Shown here piece by piece: positions 10,962 through 21,156 of a stretch of DNA of 64,000 nucleotides. The stretch lies in contig JBFWNL010000011.1 of the NCBI GenBank assembly GCA_050251055.1, positions 32,001 through 96,000 on the forward strand, in the 5' to 3' direction. Position numbers and translations under genes: made by a program. Under the pieces are notes generated by a model. The model saw only the letters and a list, made by a program, of their open reading frames with translations, made no database searches and was not told where the DNA came from. The first letter of the stretch is position 1. Every line of letters begins with the position of its first letter. The DNA comes from Bacteriovoracia bacterium (lineage in GTDB: Bacteria > Bdellovibrionota > UBA1018 > JBFWNL01).

Positions 10962-12326
10962 ATGCCCGCGAATAAAGACAAAACAGCTCAGATCTTCGAA
11001 TCTTATATTTCCACGCGAAGAATCGTAATCGCGGACACGAACGCGTCCTCGCGTGCGGGCCTGGCGCGTACGATGATCAATTTGGGCGCAAAGACTACAA
11101 ATATCGCGATCCTATCCACGTACGAGGAAGCGGTCGCCGAAATTGCACGGAACAAACCGCAGGTCGTCATCTGTGACTTCGATCTAGGCAAGTACTGCGG
11201 ACTCAATCTCTTGCAAGAGCAACGCAAACAGAACCCCGAGAGCAAGGACACGCTTTTTGTGCTGGTGACGGGAAACACCTCCCAATCCGCGGTGGCCCAA
11301 GCGGCAGAAGAGGACGTCGACACCTTCATCCTCAAGCCCTACACCCTCGAAATGCTGCGGCAGTCGATGATGAAAGCCGCGCTCGCGAAGATCAACCCGT
11401 CGACCTACCATAAGACGATCGAGGAAGGGAAAAAGCTTCTCTTTGGTGGAAAGCCGGAAGAAGCCATCGCGATCTTTGAAAAGGCCATCCCCATGGACCC
11501 CAAACCGGCCCTGGCGTGCTTCTACAAAGGGCAAGCGCTGCTCGCCAAACAGGTCGCCGACGAAGCCAAAGGGAGTTACGACAAAGGCCTGGATCACAAC
11601 AAGATCCATTACAAATGCCTGATTGGGCTTTACGAGCTCCTAATGGAGCAAAAAAAATTCACAGAAGCGTACGAAGCGGTGAAAAAAGTCTCGCGCTACT
11701 TTCCCGCCAACCCCCAGCGTCTCACCGAGGTTCTGCGGCTCGCCGTGATCAATCAGAAGTTCGAGGACATTGAGCGCTACTACCAGGTCTTCACGACGAT
11801 CGATCAGCGAAATAACGACCTTATCAAATACGTATGCGCGGCCCTCGTGGTCTGCGGAAAGTACTACTTAACGAAGAGCGCTAACTCGCGCGCGCTCGAC
11901 CTCTTCCAGAAGGCCGCCACCACCGGTACGGGGCGCACGAAGATCCTGCGGGAAATTATTTCGGTCCTCGTCGCCAAACAAATGATCAACGACTGCGAAG
12001 TTTTCTTGAAGCGCTTCCCGGCCGACACGATGAAGGGGGAAGACTTCGCCGCCTGCGAGTACATGATCGCCAACGCAAGCCTGACCGCCGACCTGCTCGT
12101 GGACCGTGGCCGGAAATACATTAAAGCCGGCGTGCACGACCCTCTCGTTTACCGCATCCTTATACAGCGCTCCCGCGAAGCGGGCCTAAGCGATTACGCG
12201 GATACCCTCATTCAAGAAGCCTCGACCCGGTGGCCCGCCCAGAAGGACGACTTCACCGCCGCCGGCCAAGCGCCCGCCGGGGGAAAAGACGAAAAGTCCA
12301 AGGCTCCGGCCCCCGCCTCCAACTAA
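10962..12326 (+). CDS. Response-regulator receiver plus TPR-repeat protein
   Basis: Receiver residues VVICD, LVTG and FILKPY followed by TPR-like helices; no DNA-binding domain seen. Confidence 0.8.
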   Translation: MPANKDKTAQIFESYISTRRIVIADTNASSRAGLARTMINLGAKTTNIAILSTYEEAVAEIARNKPQVVICDFDLGKYCGLNLLQEQRKQNPESKDTLFVLVTGNTSQSAVAQAAEEDVDTFILKPYTLEMLRQSMMKAALAKINPSTYHKTIEEGKKLLFGGKPEEAIAIFEKAIPMDPKPALACFYKGQALLAKQVADEAKGSYDKGLDHNKIHYKCLIGLYELLMEQKKFTEAYEAVKKVSRYFPANPQRLTEVLRLAVINQKFEDIERYYQVFTTIDQRNNDLIKYVCAALVVCGKYYLTKSANSRALDLFQKAATTGTGRTKILREIISVLVAKQMINDCEVFLKRFPADTMKGEDFAACEYMIANASLTADLLVDRGRKYIKAGVHDPLVYRILIQRSREAGLSDYADTLIQEASTRWPAQKDDFTAAGQAPAGGKDEKSKAPAPASN

Positions 12327-12357
12327 TTTAATTAAGCCCTCCTTCAGTATATTCCTT

Positions 12358-12373
12358 TAAAAACAATAAGTTA
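12358..12373. promoter_or_regulatory. IHF-like 16-bp motif TAAAAACAATAAGTTA
   Basis: Recurs with one mismatch at 19191 and 59893; resembles the IHF consensus WATCAANNNNTTR. Confidence 0.55.
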
Positions 12374-12404
12374 TTCTGCTTGCATTCTATCTTATAAAGA
12401 TTGT

Positions 12405-12433
12405 TTGCATTTTCTTAATATGTTAAATAGAAT
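12405..12433 (+). promoter_or_regulatory. Sigma70-type promoter of the first Agl-Glt unit
   Basis: TTGCAT-N17-TAGAAT in an AT-rich intergenic region. Confidence 0.6.
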
Positions 12434-12457
12434 TAAGAATTAAAGGGGTATATTGAG

Positions 12458-13669
12458 ATGAGTTCCATGCAGACGCCAAATCAAAAGAAGACACTTCGCA
12501 TTGTATTAGGCTGCGTCCTTGCCATCGCGTTCCTCTTTGGCGGCGTCATGATGCTGAAGAAAAAGACGTGGCAAGCCCCGCAAGATCCGTCGAGCGAAGA
12601 GGGTATCGGGCAAGCCCCAGTGAAAGTGATTCCCGAAGGGCAAGCCCCCGTCGACACGGACCCCAGCCAGCAGGCCAACGCCCCCATGAACAACGCCCCG
12701 GAAGAGTCCGGGAACAACCCCGCTGGCTATCCCGTCGGCCAAGCCGGCCAGGCTCCGGGCACGATTGGCCAATCCGCGCAACCCGGCGCTCAACCCGGAG
12801 CGTTGCCTCCGGCTGAAAAACAAGCTTTGGGAAAATCGGGCGCGAGCCCAGAGGGAAAACCTTATCAAGTCACCGGCGTCGATGGCCGGGTACCGGCTTC
12901 AGTGGATAAAACCGCGCCCGCCAAGGGCGTCCCGCTCACTCCGAGCGCGTTACCAAAGGATGTTCTCGGTCCGATCGGTGGCCTGCTCGGTCCCGTGAAG
13001 GTTGCGTCCCCCGGCCAGCCTGGCGCCGCAGGAACCCCCGGAACCATGACCGCCGCCCCGGGCACCCCGACCAACGTCACCACCGCTCCGGCCGTCGAGA
13101 AGATCGCCGACGACTGCTACAAGATGACCTTCAAGCACCAGAAGCTCTCTTCGCACGAAAACGGCGAAGCCTGCACGATGCACCGAAATCAATTCGCCCT
13201 CCAGGGCGAGAAGATCAACCGAGCTTCGGTTTGCGTGCGCGTGAATGGCACGCCTGTGAAATTCGAATGGGCCAAGGGCAAGGGTGATCAGGTCGTGATC
13301 GCCGCCATCGCCGGCCCCAAGGCCGTGATCACCGCGCAATACTGCACGGGCCGAATCATGTGCGGCGAAGAATGCAAGGTTCCGAAGGACGCCTTCATGG
13401 AAGCCATCGGCGCCACGGACGATAACGGCTCGGAGCTGCCGGTCGTGCAATGGGACGCCCACAACCCCGACAAGAAACAGGCAAAGGAAGAAGCCACGCT
13501 CGACCAAGAGCTCGAAGGCTTCAAGAAAGAGCTGGCCGAGCACAATCCGGCCGAAGCCAAAGTATTCAGCGGTTGGACGCCGGACGCGCCCAACCCGACT
13601 TGTAAGGAAAACCAATACACCGGTGGCGGCGCCGTATCCAAAGTGGCCGCAGCCAAGGAAAAACAATAG
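12458..13669 (+). CDS. Membrane-anchored Pro/Gly-rich exported protein with Cys-containing C-terminal domain
   Basis: N-terminal TM, low-complexity PQGA linker, several Cys in the C-terminal domain; first gene of the Agl-Glt-like cluster. Confidence 0.7.
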   Translation: MSSMQTPNQKKTLRIVLGCVLAIAFLFGGVMMLKKKTWQAPQDPSSEEGIGQAPVKVIPEGQAPVDTDPSQQANAPMNNAPEESGNNPAGYPVGQAGQAPGTIGQSAQPGAQPGALPPAEKQALGKSGASPEGKPYQVTGVDGRVPASVDKTAPAKGVPLTPSALPKDVLGPIGGLLGPVKVASPGQPGAAGTPGTMTAAPGTPTNVTTAPAVEKIADDCYKMTFKHQKLSSHENGEACTMHRNQFALQGEKINRASVCVRVNGTPVKFEWAKGKGDQVVIAAIAGPKAVITAQYCTGRIMCGEECKVPKDAFMEAIGATDDNGSELPVVQWDAHNPDKKQAKEEATLDQELEGFKKELAEHNPAEAKVFSGWTPDAPNPTCKENQYTGGGAVSKVAAAKEKQ

Positions 13670-13697
13670 CTAGCATTGAATCAATAGGAGAACGATC

Positions 13698-14426
13698 ATG
13701 GATTTCTTAGAATTCTTAAAGAACCCCCAGAACATCATGCACGTCGCACCCCTCTTGGTAGTCGGCGCCTTCGCCATCGCCATCGTGGTCGAGCGCATTC
13801 GCTCCGTTTTCTTCACCTACCCCATGCGCAATAGCGAAGGTTTTTTCGAGCGCATCACCGAGCTCACGCTCTCCGGTAAGACCGGCGACGCCGTTCAGCT
13901 CTGCGACAAGCATTTGCATACGCCGCTCGCCAAGGTGACCAAGGCCGCCCTCGTGCGCGCTCACCTGCCGGAAGGCATGATCGAGCACGGCATTGAGTAT
14001 TCGGTGGGTGAAGCCTGCCATGCGATCCAGAAGCGCACGTCGTTTCTGGCCACGATTGCCAACGTTGCCACCTTGCTCGGCTTGTTCGGCACGATCGCGG
14101 GTCTCATTCACTCGTTTAAAGCCATTGAGTTCGCCGACGCGCAAAACCGCGCCAAGCTACTCTCGGCGGGGATCGCTACCGCCATGAACGCTACCATGCT
14201 GGGCTTGGCTATCGCCATTCCCTGCATGATCGCCTACAGCTTTATCATGAACCGCTCGAACCGCCTGATCGGCGAGCTCGAGAACTCCTCCGTCCGCCTG
14301 ATGGAAATCCTCAAGCAGCGCTACTACGCGGTCACCACCGGTGATCTCGAAGAAGCCGGCTGGGACGATCACATGGGTAAGGGCAACGGCCACGCCAAGG
14401 GCAAGGCCGTCGGGAGAGCCGCATGA
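13698..14426 (+). CDS. MotA/TolQ/ExbB proton channel (AglR-like)
   Basis: ANVATLLGLFGTIAGLI and GLAIAIP TM motifs; followed by two ExbD genes. Confidence 0.9.
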   Translation: MDFLEFLKNPQNIMHVAPLLVVGAFAIAIVVERIRSVFFTYPMRNSEGFFERITELTLSGKTGDAVQLCDKHLHTPLAKVTKAALVRAHLPEGMIEHGIEYSVGEACHAIQKRTSFLATIANVATLLGLFGTIAGLIHSFKAIEFADAQNRAKLLSAGIATAMNATMLGLAIAIPCMIAYSFIMNRSNRLIGELENSSVRLMEILKQRYYAVTTGDLEEAGWDDHMGKGNGHAKGKAVGRAA

Positions 14427-14899
14427 GTGCAGGTGTCCCAACCGGAGGCGGCGGTGGTCGCGGACGCGGCCACGGCAGCCAGGACTTCGAAGTCAACATC
14501 ACGCCGATTATCGACTTTTTCACGGTCTTGATCGCGTTCCTGTTGCTCTCGGCGTCTTACATCGCGATCGGTGTCTTCGACGCCGGGATCGCGGCCGGCG
14601 GCCAATCGAAGACCGCGGGCGATCCCCCACCGGTGAATATCTCGGTCGCCTTGGAACCGAACCAGGTGATCGAAGTGAAGGTCACCGGCAAGGCCACCCA
14701 GAACTTCACGCTTAAACCCGTGAATGGCGCATGGAACTACGCCGAGCTGACCGGACAGCTGCAGGCCCTCAAGACAAAGTGGCCTACCGTCACCGGCATG
14801 ACCCTAGTGGCCGATAATGGGATCGAATACAAAACCGTCATTGAAGCGTTGGGCACGGCCCGGAAGACCATCCCGAACGTACTTTTGGGAGGATTCTAG
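14423..14899 (+). CDS. ExbD/TolR family protein (AglQ-like)
   Basis: EVNITPIIDFFTVLIAFLL with the conserved TM Asp. Confidence 0.88.
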   Translation: MSAGVPTGGGGGRGRGHGSQDFEVNITPIIDFFTVLIAFLLLSASYIAIGVFDAGIAAGGQSKTAGDPPPVNISVALEPNQVIEVKVTGKATQNFTLKPVNGAWNYAELTGQLQALKTKWPTVTGMTLVADNGIEYKTVIEALGTARKTIPNVLLGGF

Positions 14900-14901
14900 C
14901 C

Positions 14902-15414
14902 ATGAGTAGTCGCCTGTTCAAAAAGAAGAAGCGCTCCCACGCGAGCGGCGACGATTTCTCGTTGAACATCACTTCGCTCGCCGACGTGATGGTCATCATC
15001 TTGGTGTTTATGCTCAAGAGTTTCAGCGCTGGCGCGATTAGCGTCACGCCTGCCCCCGGCATCGAGCTCCCCGTAGCCGACGTAAAAGGTCCCGAATACG
15101 ACGCCCTGAAGATAGAAATCTCCCAGGACGCCGTCCTGGTGGCCGACAAGCCCGCCGTGGTCCTCGCCAATTTCGTCGTGAACAAACAAGAAATCCTCAC
15201 GAACGGATCCGTTCGCTCGCTCGGCGATATCCTCCAGAAGGAACGCCAGCGGCAGATGCTGATCGCCAAGGCGAACTCCGACGTGAAGATCGATCCGAAG
15301 GTCATCATTGTCGCCGATCAACGCGCGCCTTACGCCACCATCAAGGCGGTGCTCGCTTCGGCGGCCGTGCATGGCTATACCGATTTCAAACTGGCGGTGG
15401 TGCAGCCCAACTAA
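14902..15414 (+). CDS. ExbD/TolR family protein (AglS-like)
   Basis: LNITSLADVMVIILVFMLKSFS and IVADQRAPY. Confidence 0.88.
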   Translation: MSSRLFKKKKRSHASGDDFSLNITSLADVMVIILVFMLKSFSAGAISVTPAPGIELPVADVKGPEYDALKIEISQDAVLVADKPAVVLANFVVNKQEILTNGSVRSLGDILQKERQRQMLIAKANSDVKIDPKVIIVADQRAPYATIKAVLASAAVHGYTDFKLAVVQPN

Positions 15415-15437
15415 GGTTAGCTTATGAGGGTCCGTCC

Positions 15438-18400
15438 ATGTTGAAGCAGCAGAAAACGCGGCTACTCGCCGCCCTACCGATCGCCGCCGCCATTTTCGCG
15501 TTCTGGGCGGTGAATCCCGTCGCGTCCGCCGCCTCCACGAAGGGGGCCTCGCCGAAGGCCGACGTCTCCTTGGATGCGGATGAGGCGCGCGTGATTCCCT
15601 CGTCCAAACTGGGCTCGGAAGAGCGCGAACGAAACGTCGACGCCGCGGCGCTGGAAGCGCAGAAATCCGCCACCACCAAGCTCACGAAGCTACTCGACCG
15701 CTACCGAGGCACGGAACGAGAAAGCCTGATCCTGGCCCGCCTGGCCGAAATTTACCAACAAACCGGCGCCATTTACTTCCGGATCGCGCACGGCCAAGCC
15801 CATACGAAAAAGAAGGCCGTCGACCTGAAGCAATACCATGGCATCATGCGCAAATCGATCGAGGTGATCGACAAGCTCATGCGCAAGTTCCCCCAGTACG
15901 AGCAGATGGACGTCGTGACCTACATGCGCGGAAAAGCTTACGAGGAAATCGGCAACAAGCCCGCCGCCAAACGAGACTACCTCACGATGGTCAAAAAGTA
16001 CCCCGACGCGCCCGAGACGATTTCGGCCTACATGTCGCTCGCGGAGTTTTCGATCGAGGAAAACCAACATCAAGAAGCCATTGGATACCTGCTCCAAGTC
16101 GAGCAACACCCGGAAAGCGCATTCTACCCGTTTTCGCTCTTCAAGCTGGCCTGGTCCTACTACAACCTGCGCGACATCCCAACCGCCATCAGCTATCTCG
16201 AAAAGCACGTCCGTCATTACGACGCTAAGGCGGGCAAACACGGAGGCCTGACGTCTTCGGACTACGCCATTCGCGAAAACAGCCTGCTCGACGTAGCGCT
16301 GTTCTACATGGATGGCATCGAGATGAAGCGCCCCGAATACCAGATCGAGGATGCCCTTTCCTACTTCCGCAAGATGGAGGATGGGCCGGTCATTGGCAAG
16401 ATGCTGCTGCGATTCGCCAAACTTTTGCGCGCCCACGATCACGAGCGCGAGCTTGAGTTCTGGAAGAAGCAAATGATCGAGAAAGAGAACAAGCAACTCG
16501 AATCACTCGAAGTCGTGATCACGGTTTTCGAATACCACCTGCAACGCCGGCACTACACGAAGATCGCCGCCGCCGCGCAGGACATGGTCACGCTCTACCA
16601 GATCAACCAAGGTCGGTTCCGCGATTTTCCGGGCTACGACAACGCCCAGAAACTCTTGCTTGATACGGCCAAGGAATTCCAAGCCCTCACCATCAAGAAC
16701 AAAGCGGCGAGCCGCGTGGGCGAGTTGAGCAACACACTGGTCGCTCTTTATGACACCTTCGCGAAGATCGTCGACGAGAAGGACCCGCGCGTGCCGGGCG
16801 TTCACTACAACCTCGCCGAGACGCTGTTCGAGATCGGCAACTTCGCCGACGCCACTTTCCATTATCGCTGGATCGTGGACCACCCCGTCGCCAAATCCCC
16901 GGTTAGCCTGAAAGATGCAAGCCTGAAGGCCATCGCGGCCCGCTACGAGGTCTTGCGCCGAAGCAAATCCATGCCGGAAAAGCTGAATGCCGTCGCGTTC
17001 AAAGACGAAAGCAAAAAAGCGGTGGCGCCGATGCTCGCCGAGTGGATCGAATGGACCGACTGGCACATGAAGAAGTTCGAAGTAGCCGACGCAACCTTCG
17101 AAAACTTCGTTTTCGAGGCCAACCGCGCGCTCTATGCCCAAAACAAGATCGTGGACGCGACCGAACGCCTGATCCGCTTCGCGAAAAAGTTGCCGAATTC
17201 GAAATTCGCGATCACGTCGGCGTCTCTGGCCCTGGATACCTATATCGCGAGTCAACGCTGGGAGGAGTCGCACGACCTGGCCAACGAATTTATGAATGTC
17301 GCGGCCTGGAAAAAAGACGACTTCCACAAGCACCTTCTCAAGCTCGCCGCCGATTCATTTTATAAGATGATCGAGGGGACCAAGCAGGCCGGCAACCCCG
17401 AAAAGGCGATTGCCATGTGCGACGAATTCGCCAAGAAGTATCCGACGAGCCCCCGCCTAGAAGACGCCCTGCTCCTGGCCGGACTCACCGCTTTGGACCT
17501 CAAGGATAAGGAAAAAGCCGAAAAGTACTTCTCGGGCCTGATCGCCCGCTTCCCGAACTCAGAAAACACGGGATCAGCCATGCTGTCACGCGCCATGCTC
17601 GAGGAGGAACGCTTCGAACACCTGGAAGCTGCCCGCGACTACCAAGCTTACATCGCCCTCATGACGGTCAAGAAGGCCAAGGAGTCGGACCTGCTACCTT
17701 ACCGCAAGAAGGTCCTGCACCTGCATTGGATTTCGGGGGACGTCGCGGTTTTCCGCAAATCACTCGATTCGAAGACGATCTGCGTGGAAGAACTCGCGGA
17801 GCAATGCCAAATGCATCGCACGCTCTTAACCACGCTCGCGCCCAAGGCGCCGTCGATGGACGCGGCCAAGGAATACTTTAAGCATGCCACGCATGCGGAT
17901 AACAAGGATCTACGGCCGCTCTGGGCACTGTCCGCGCTGGCGGCGGACGATGGATTTGAGTTTCCGGACCGCCTGCTTCTGATCCGCGTGATCGCCGGCC
18001 GCTGGGACAACCTCGATCCGCTCGTGCAGTTCACGATTTTGAGCCGCGTCTCGCAGATCATCCCGGCCGCGTTCGAAAAGAACCGCGTGGCTATGCAACG
18101 CTTCGCGAAGCTAACGAACAATGAGCGCTCGATCAATCGGCGCATCGAACTCATCAAGGAAATGGAAAGCACGGCCACCCAGGTCATGAAGATGCCGTGG
18201 GCACACCTGCGTGCCATGGTCATGAATCACGTGGCCACGCTTTATTTGGACTTCGCCCAAGACCTCACCAATCTGCCCGTACCCGAGGGTCTCGCGGAGA
18301 GGGAACTCGCGAATTACCAAGAGATGATCCGCAAGATCACCATGCCATTCGAAGAGAAGGGGCAAGACATCCGCCGCAAGGCGTTTGAGATCGCCAGCCA

Positions 18401-19124
18401 CGCCGCCGTGAATGAGCCGGTCCTGGCCGCCGTGACGAATGCATTCTTTCAGGACAACCCATCTCAAGCCAAGGCGCTGAAGCCCGATCCGGATCTGCGT
18501 CCGAATCCAGAGTTCAACTTCCGTATGCTCGCGGAGCTCGACCCCAAGGGTGAGTGGCGGGATGCCGAAAAAGACCGGCCGAAATACAAGGATGGCGCCG
18601 CGCTCTACCTGAAAGCCCAATGGGCCCAAGCCCTGCGCGCGCAAAACTGGGTACAGGCCACCCACCTGATCCAAGAAGCCAAGAATCGCAAGCTGATCGA
18701 CGTACCGATCGCCTCCCTGATGAAAGCCTATCTCCTGGTAAGCCTCGGGGCACGAGCCGAAGGGCTGAGCGCGCTCGCCGAGCTGCGCCGCGACCTGGCT
18801 CCGCGCCCGGCCGCGAAGGCCGCGACTCTTTTGACCGCGCACTACCTGCACTCGCTCGCCCGCGAGCAAGCCAAGCGCATGGTTGAAGCGATTCAAAGCG
18901 AGAACGAAGAAAAAGGCATCTTGAACGTCGTGCGGGAGGACGAAGACGCATTCACGCTCGCGCTCGCCGCCCGCTGGTCGGGCGCCAAGCTCAGCGAAAA
19001 GAACGAAGTCCCGCTCTTCGAGCAAGCCGCCGACGTATCCGACCGCGCGAAGGAAGCTTGGGCCCGTCAGGTCCTGCGCGAACTCAAGGCCATCCGCGAA
19101 AAACGCTCCTTGGCCAATCGCTAA
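15438..19124 (+). CDS. Large exported TPR protein (GltD/AgmU-like)
   Basis: Signal peptide, many TPR repeats (e.g. SLFKLAWSYYNL), and a PVPEGL..Y...I...PFEEK motif seen in GltD-like proteins; cluster context. Confidence 0.75.
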   Translation: MLKQQKTRLLAALPIAAAIFAFWAVNPVASAASTKGASPKADVSLDADEARVIPSSKLGSEERERNVDAAALEAQKSATTKLTKLLDRYRGTERESLILARLAEIYQQTGAIYFRIAHGQAHTKKKAVDLKQYHGIMRKSIEVIDKLMRKFPQYEQMDVVTYMRGKAYEEIGNKPAAKRDYLTMVKKYPDAPETISAYMSLAEFSIEENQHQEAIGYLLQVEQHPESAFYPFSLFKLAWSYYNLRDIPTAISYLEKHVRHYDAKAGKHGGLTSSDYAIRENSLLDVALFYMDGIEMKRPEYQIEDALSYFRKMEDGPVIGKMLLRFAKLLRAHDHERELEFWKKQMIEKENKQLESLEVVITVFEYHLQRRHYTKIAAAAQDMVTLYQINQGRFRDFPGYDNAQKLLLDTAKEFQALTIKNKAASRVGELSNTLVALYDTFAKIVDEKDPRVPGVHYNLAETLFEIGNFADATFHYRWIVDHPVAKSPVSLKDASLKAIAARYEVLRRSKSMPEKLNAVAFKDESKKAVAPMLAEWIEWTDWHMKKFEVADATFENFVFEANRALYAQNKIVDATERLIRFAKKLPNSKFAITSASLALDTYIASQRWEESHDLANEFMNVAAWKKDDFHKHLLKLAADSFYKMIEGTKQAGNPEKAIAMCDEFAKKYPTSPRLEDALLLAGLTALDLKDKEKAEKYFSGLIARFPNSENTGSAMLSRAMLEEERFEHLEAARDYQAYIALMTVKKAKESDLLPYRKKVLHLHWISGDVAVFRKSLDSKTICVEELAEQCQMHRTLLTTLAPKAPSMDAAKEYFKHATHADNKDLRPLWALSALAADDGFEFPDRLLLIRVIAGRWDNLDPLVQFTILSRVSQIIPAAFEKNRVAMQRFAKLTNNERSINRRIELIKEMESTATQVMKMPWAHLRAMVMNHVATLYLDFAQDLTNLPVPEGLAERELANYQEMIRKITMPFEEKGQDIRRKAFEIASHAAVNEPVLAAVTNAFFQDNPSQAKALKPDPDLRPNPEFNFRMLAELDPKGEWRDAEKDRPKYKDGAALYLKAQWAQALRAQNWVQATHLIQEAKNRKLIDVPIASLMKAYLLVSLGARAEGLSALAELRRDLAPRPAAKAATLLTAHYLHSLAREQAKRMVEAIQSENEEKGILNVVREDEDAFTLALAARWSGAKLSEKNEVPLFEQAADVSDRAKEAWARQVLRELKAIREKRSLANR

Positions 19125-19190
19125 GACCCGGCCCATAAAACCGCGGAAACAGCTCAGAATCCGCACTAGTTCACTAGTTTAATTGATATT

Positions 19191-19206
19191 TAAATTATTG
19201 TTTTTA
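19191..19206. promoter_or_regulatory. IHF-like 16-bp motif TAAATTATTGTTTTTA
   Basis: One mismatch to the reverse complement of 12358-12373. Confidence 0.5.
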
Positions 19207-19236
19207 TTGATAAATTTTATTTGTCAAAAAAATAGT

Positions 19237-19265
19237 TTGTAAAAATTCAAAATATTAAATAAAAT
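19237..19265 (+). promoter_or_regulatory. Sigma70-type promoter of the second Glt unit
   Basis: TTGTAA-N17-TAAAAT in a roughly 90% AT spacer. Confidence 0.5.
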
Positions 19266-19293
19266 TAATACTTAGAGGATCGGGGTCTATTTT

Positions 19294-19557
19294 ATGCAAA
19301 CGAAGAAATTTCTGATCGGTGTTTGGATGATTTTCGCGATGGTCGCCTCTGTGGCGTCGGCCGCCGCCGCCGAACGGCACAAGGTCATCGATTTCGAAGA
19401 CGAGCTCGTCGAAGGCGTGAACAAGAAACCGCTCGATTCCCTCAGCACGCTTTCGGAAAAAGAAAAGAAACGTCGGCGCCTGCACCTCTACCGCAAGCGC
19501 GTGGGCTTCAGCTCGGAGACCGCTGATTCACTCAAAGAAATGAGGTACGCGCAATGA
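19294..19557 (+). CDS. Small exported GltF/CglF-like protein
   Basis: Signal peptide and KVIDFEDELVEG..KP motif of the CglF/GltF family; directly upstream of a GltG-like gene. Confidence 0.7.
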   Translation: MQTKKFLIGVWMIFAMVASVASAAAAERHKVIDFEDELVEGVNKKPLDSLSTLSEKEKKRRRLHLYRKRVGFSSETADSLKEMRYAQ

Positions 19558-21149
19558 GCCTGCCATCCACCGCAAGCCGTGCCGCCATGAAAGAAACCGT
19601 CGAAAAGAAACCGAGCCAGCCCGCAGAATTCGACTACGCGACGTGCACTCATTTCATCGTAAAGATCATGCGCGGCGCCCAAGCCGAGGCGGGCGGGGCC
19701 CAGGCGCCAATACGCGTTTGGGATAGCCAGATGCCGCTCATGCTAGGGCATCCTGTGCGGTGGATCGCCGAGAAAGCCCCGGAAGGCATCCGCATTCGCA
19801 ATATCGCCACTCCCGTCGGGGAAGCCCACGACGACGCCGTCGTCACCCTCGACGTCGCCCAAATCAAGAACGCGGCCACCGTCGCGCTCCCCCTTTCTCC
19901 TCAGCATTGGATCCAGGTAAAGGCCTACCGGCATTTGCCACCGGCTTATCGCGCCCTAAGCGAAACCGCCGGTCGAGCAACCGACATGAAGGTGTTCAGC
20001 TGCATCGGTGGATGGATCAAAGCGACGGACAGCCTCGCCTCCGAATACCAAGGCAGCTTCCAGAAAACCCCGAGCTTCACCATTCAAAAGCAAGCGGACG
20101 GCTTCCAAATCACGAGTCGCCACCCGGGACTGAAGCTCAAGCAGGGCCTAGATACGAAATCGGAGAACGCCCGTACTCTCGAAAACGGGATCGCGATCCA
20201 GCTCACCGCGAGCGAACTCCTCAAGTCGTCGCTGCAGATCGGCCCGTACCGTTGGTTCTTTAACCCGCTCGAAGCCCCCGCCGACTTACGCGTGATCCCG
20301 AACGCCGAAGACCGCGCCGAGGAGACCGCTTGGTTCAAGAAATCCATGAAGGTCACCGGCATCGCCATGGGCGCGCTCACGCTCATCCTATTGCTGATGC
20401 CAAAACCCGCGGTAGAGGTACAGCAGGAGCTGATTCCCGCGCAGTACGCTTCCATCGTGCTCTCCAAACCGCAGAAGGCCGAAGCGCCCGCACCGACGGA
20501 GAACACCCCGGAACAAGCCACCCAAGCCAAGAATACGGCCGTGGTACAGGCTTTCCGGGCCAAGGCCCTCCAGCATGCCGTCAGCGGCTTGCTGAAAGGC
20601 GGTATGACCACCCTACTCGCGCAAAGCGATTTCTTGGGGGATGCCCGCAAGGCCAGCAAACTTTTGGACAACGTGAAAAACGTGGCTGTGGACGCCAGCA
20701 AAGCTTCCGAAGCGAGGTCCGTGCAAGTGGCCTCGATCGGCGGCACTCCGGGATCCAAGGGCGTCGGATATAGCAAGGGACAAGTCGCCGCCGTTAAAGG
20801 CCAAGGCTCGGCCTTCGTCGACTTGGACATCCAGGGCTCCAACGTACAGGAAGGTTTGACGAAGGACGAAGTGGGCAAGGTCATCCACGCCCACCTGAGC
20901 GAAGTCCGCTACTGCTACGAATCCGCCATGTTGCACAACCCCGATATCGAAGGAAAGCTGCTCATCGACTTCACGATCGGCGGCAGCGGCAGCGTAGTCA
21001 GTGGAGCCGTCAAGCAATCCTCCCTGGAAGACGCGCGCCTGGATGACTGCATCCTGCGCCGGCTCACGAAGTGGAAGTTCCCGACCCCGAAAGGCGGGAT
21101 CAACGTGGCCGTGTCCTATCCGTTCATCTTCAAGAGCCTAGGAAGGTAG
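19554..21149 (+). CDS. GltG/PglI-like protein with AgmX/PglI TonB-like C-terminal domain
   Basis: Single TM, Gly-rich linker, C-terminal GLTKDEVGKVI..VRYCYE..EGKL..CI..WKFPTPKGG..VSYPFIF. Confidence 0.85.
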   Translation: MSLPSTASRAAMKETVEKKPSQPAEFDYATCTHFIVKIMRGAQAEAGGAQAPIRVWDSQMPLMLGHPVRWIAEKAPEGIRIRNIATPVGEAHDDAVVTLDVAQIKNAATVALPLSPQHWIQVKAYRHLPPAYRALSETAGRATDMKVFSCIGGWIKATDSLASEYQGSFQKTPSFTIQKQADGFQITSRHPGLKLKQGLDTKSENARTLENGIAIQLTASELLKSSLQIGPYRWFFNPLEAPADLRVIPNAEDRAEETAWFKKSMKVTGIAMGALTLILLLMPKPAVEVQQELIPAQYASIVLSKPQKAEAPAPTENTPEQATQAKNTAVVQAFRAKALQHAVSGLLKGGMTTLLAQSDFLGDARKASKLLDNVKNVAVDASKASEARSVQVASIGGTPGSKGVGYSKGQVAAVKGQGSAFVDLDIQGSNVQEGLTKDEVGKVIHAHLSEVRYCYESAMLHNPDIEGKLLIDFTIGGSGSVVSGAVKQSSLEDARLDDCILRRLTKWKFPTPKGGINVAVSYPFIFKSLGR

Positions 21150-21156
21150 TTACATC

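Noticed and set aside
19178-19270. AT-rich tract as a replication origin
   Set aside because: No DnaA boxes seen and no dnaA or rep gene nearby; a promoter explains it better.
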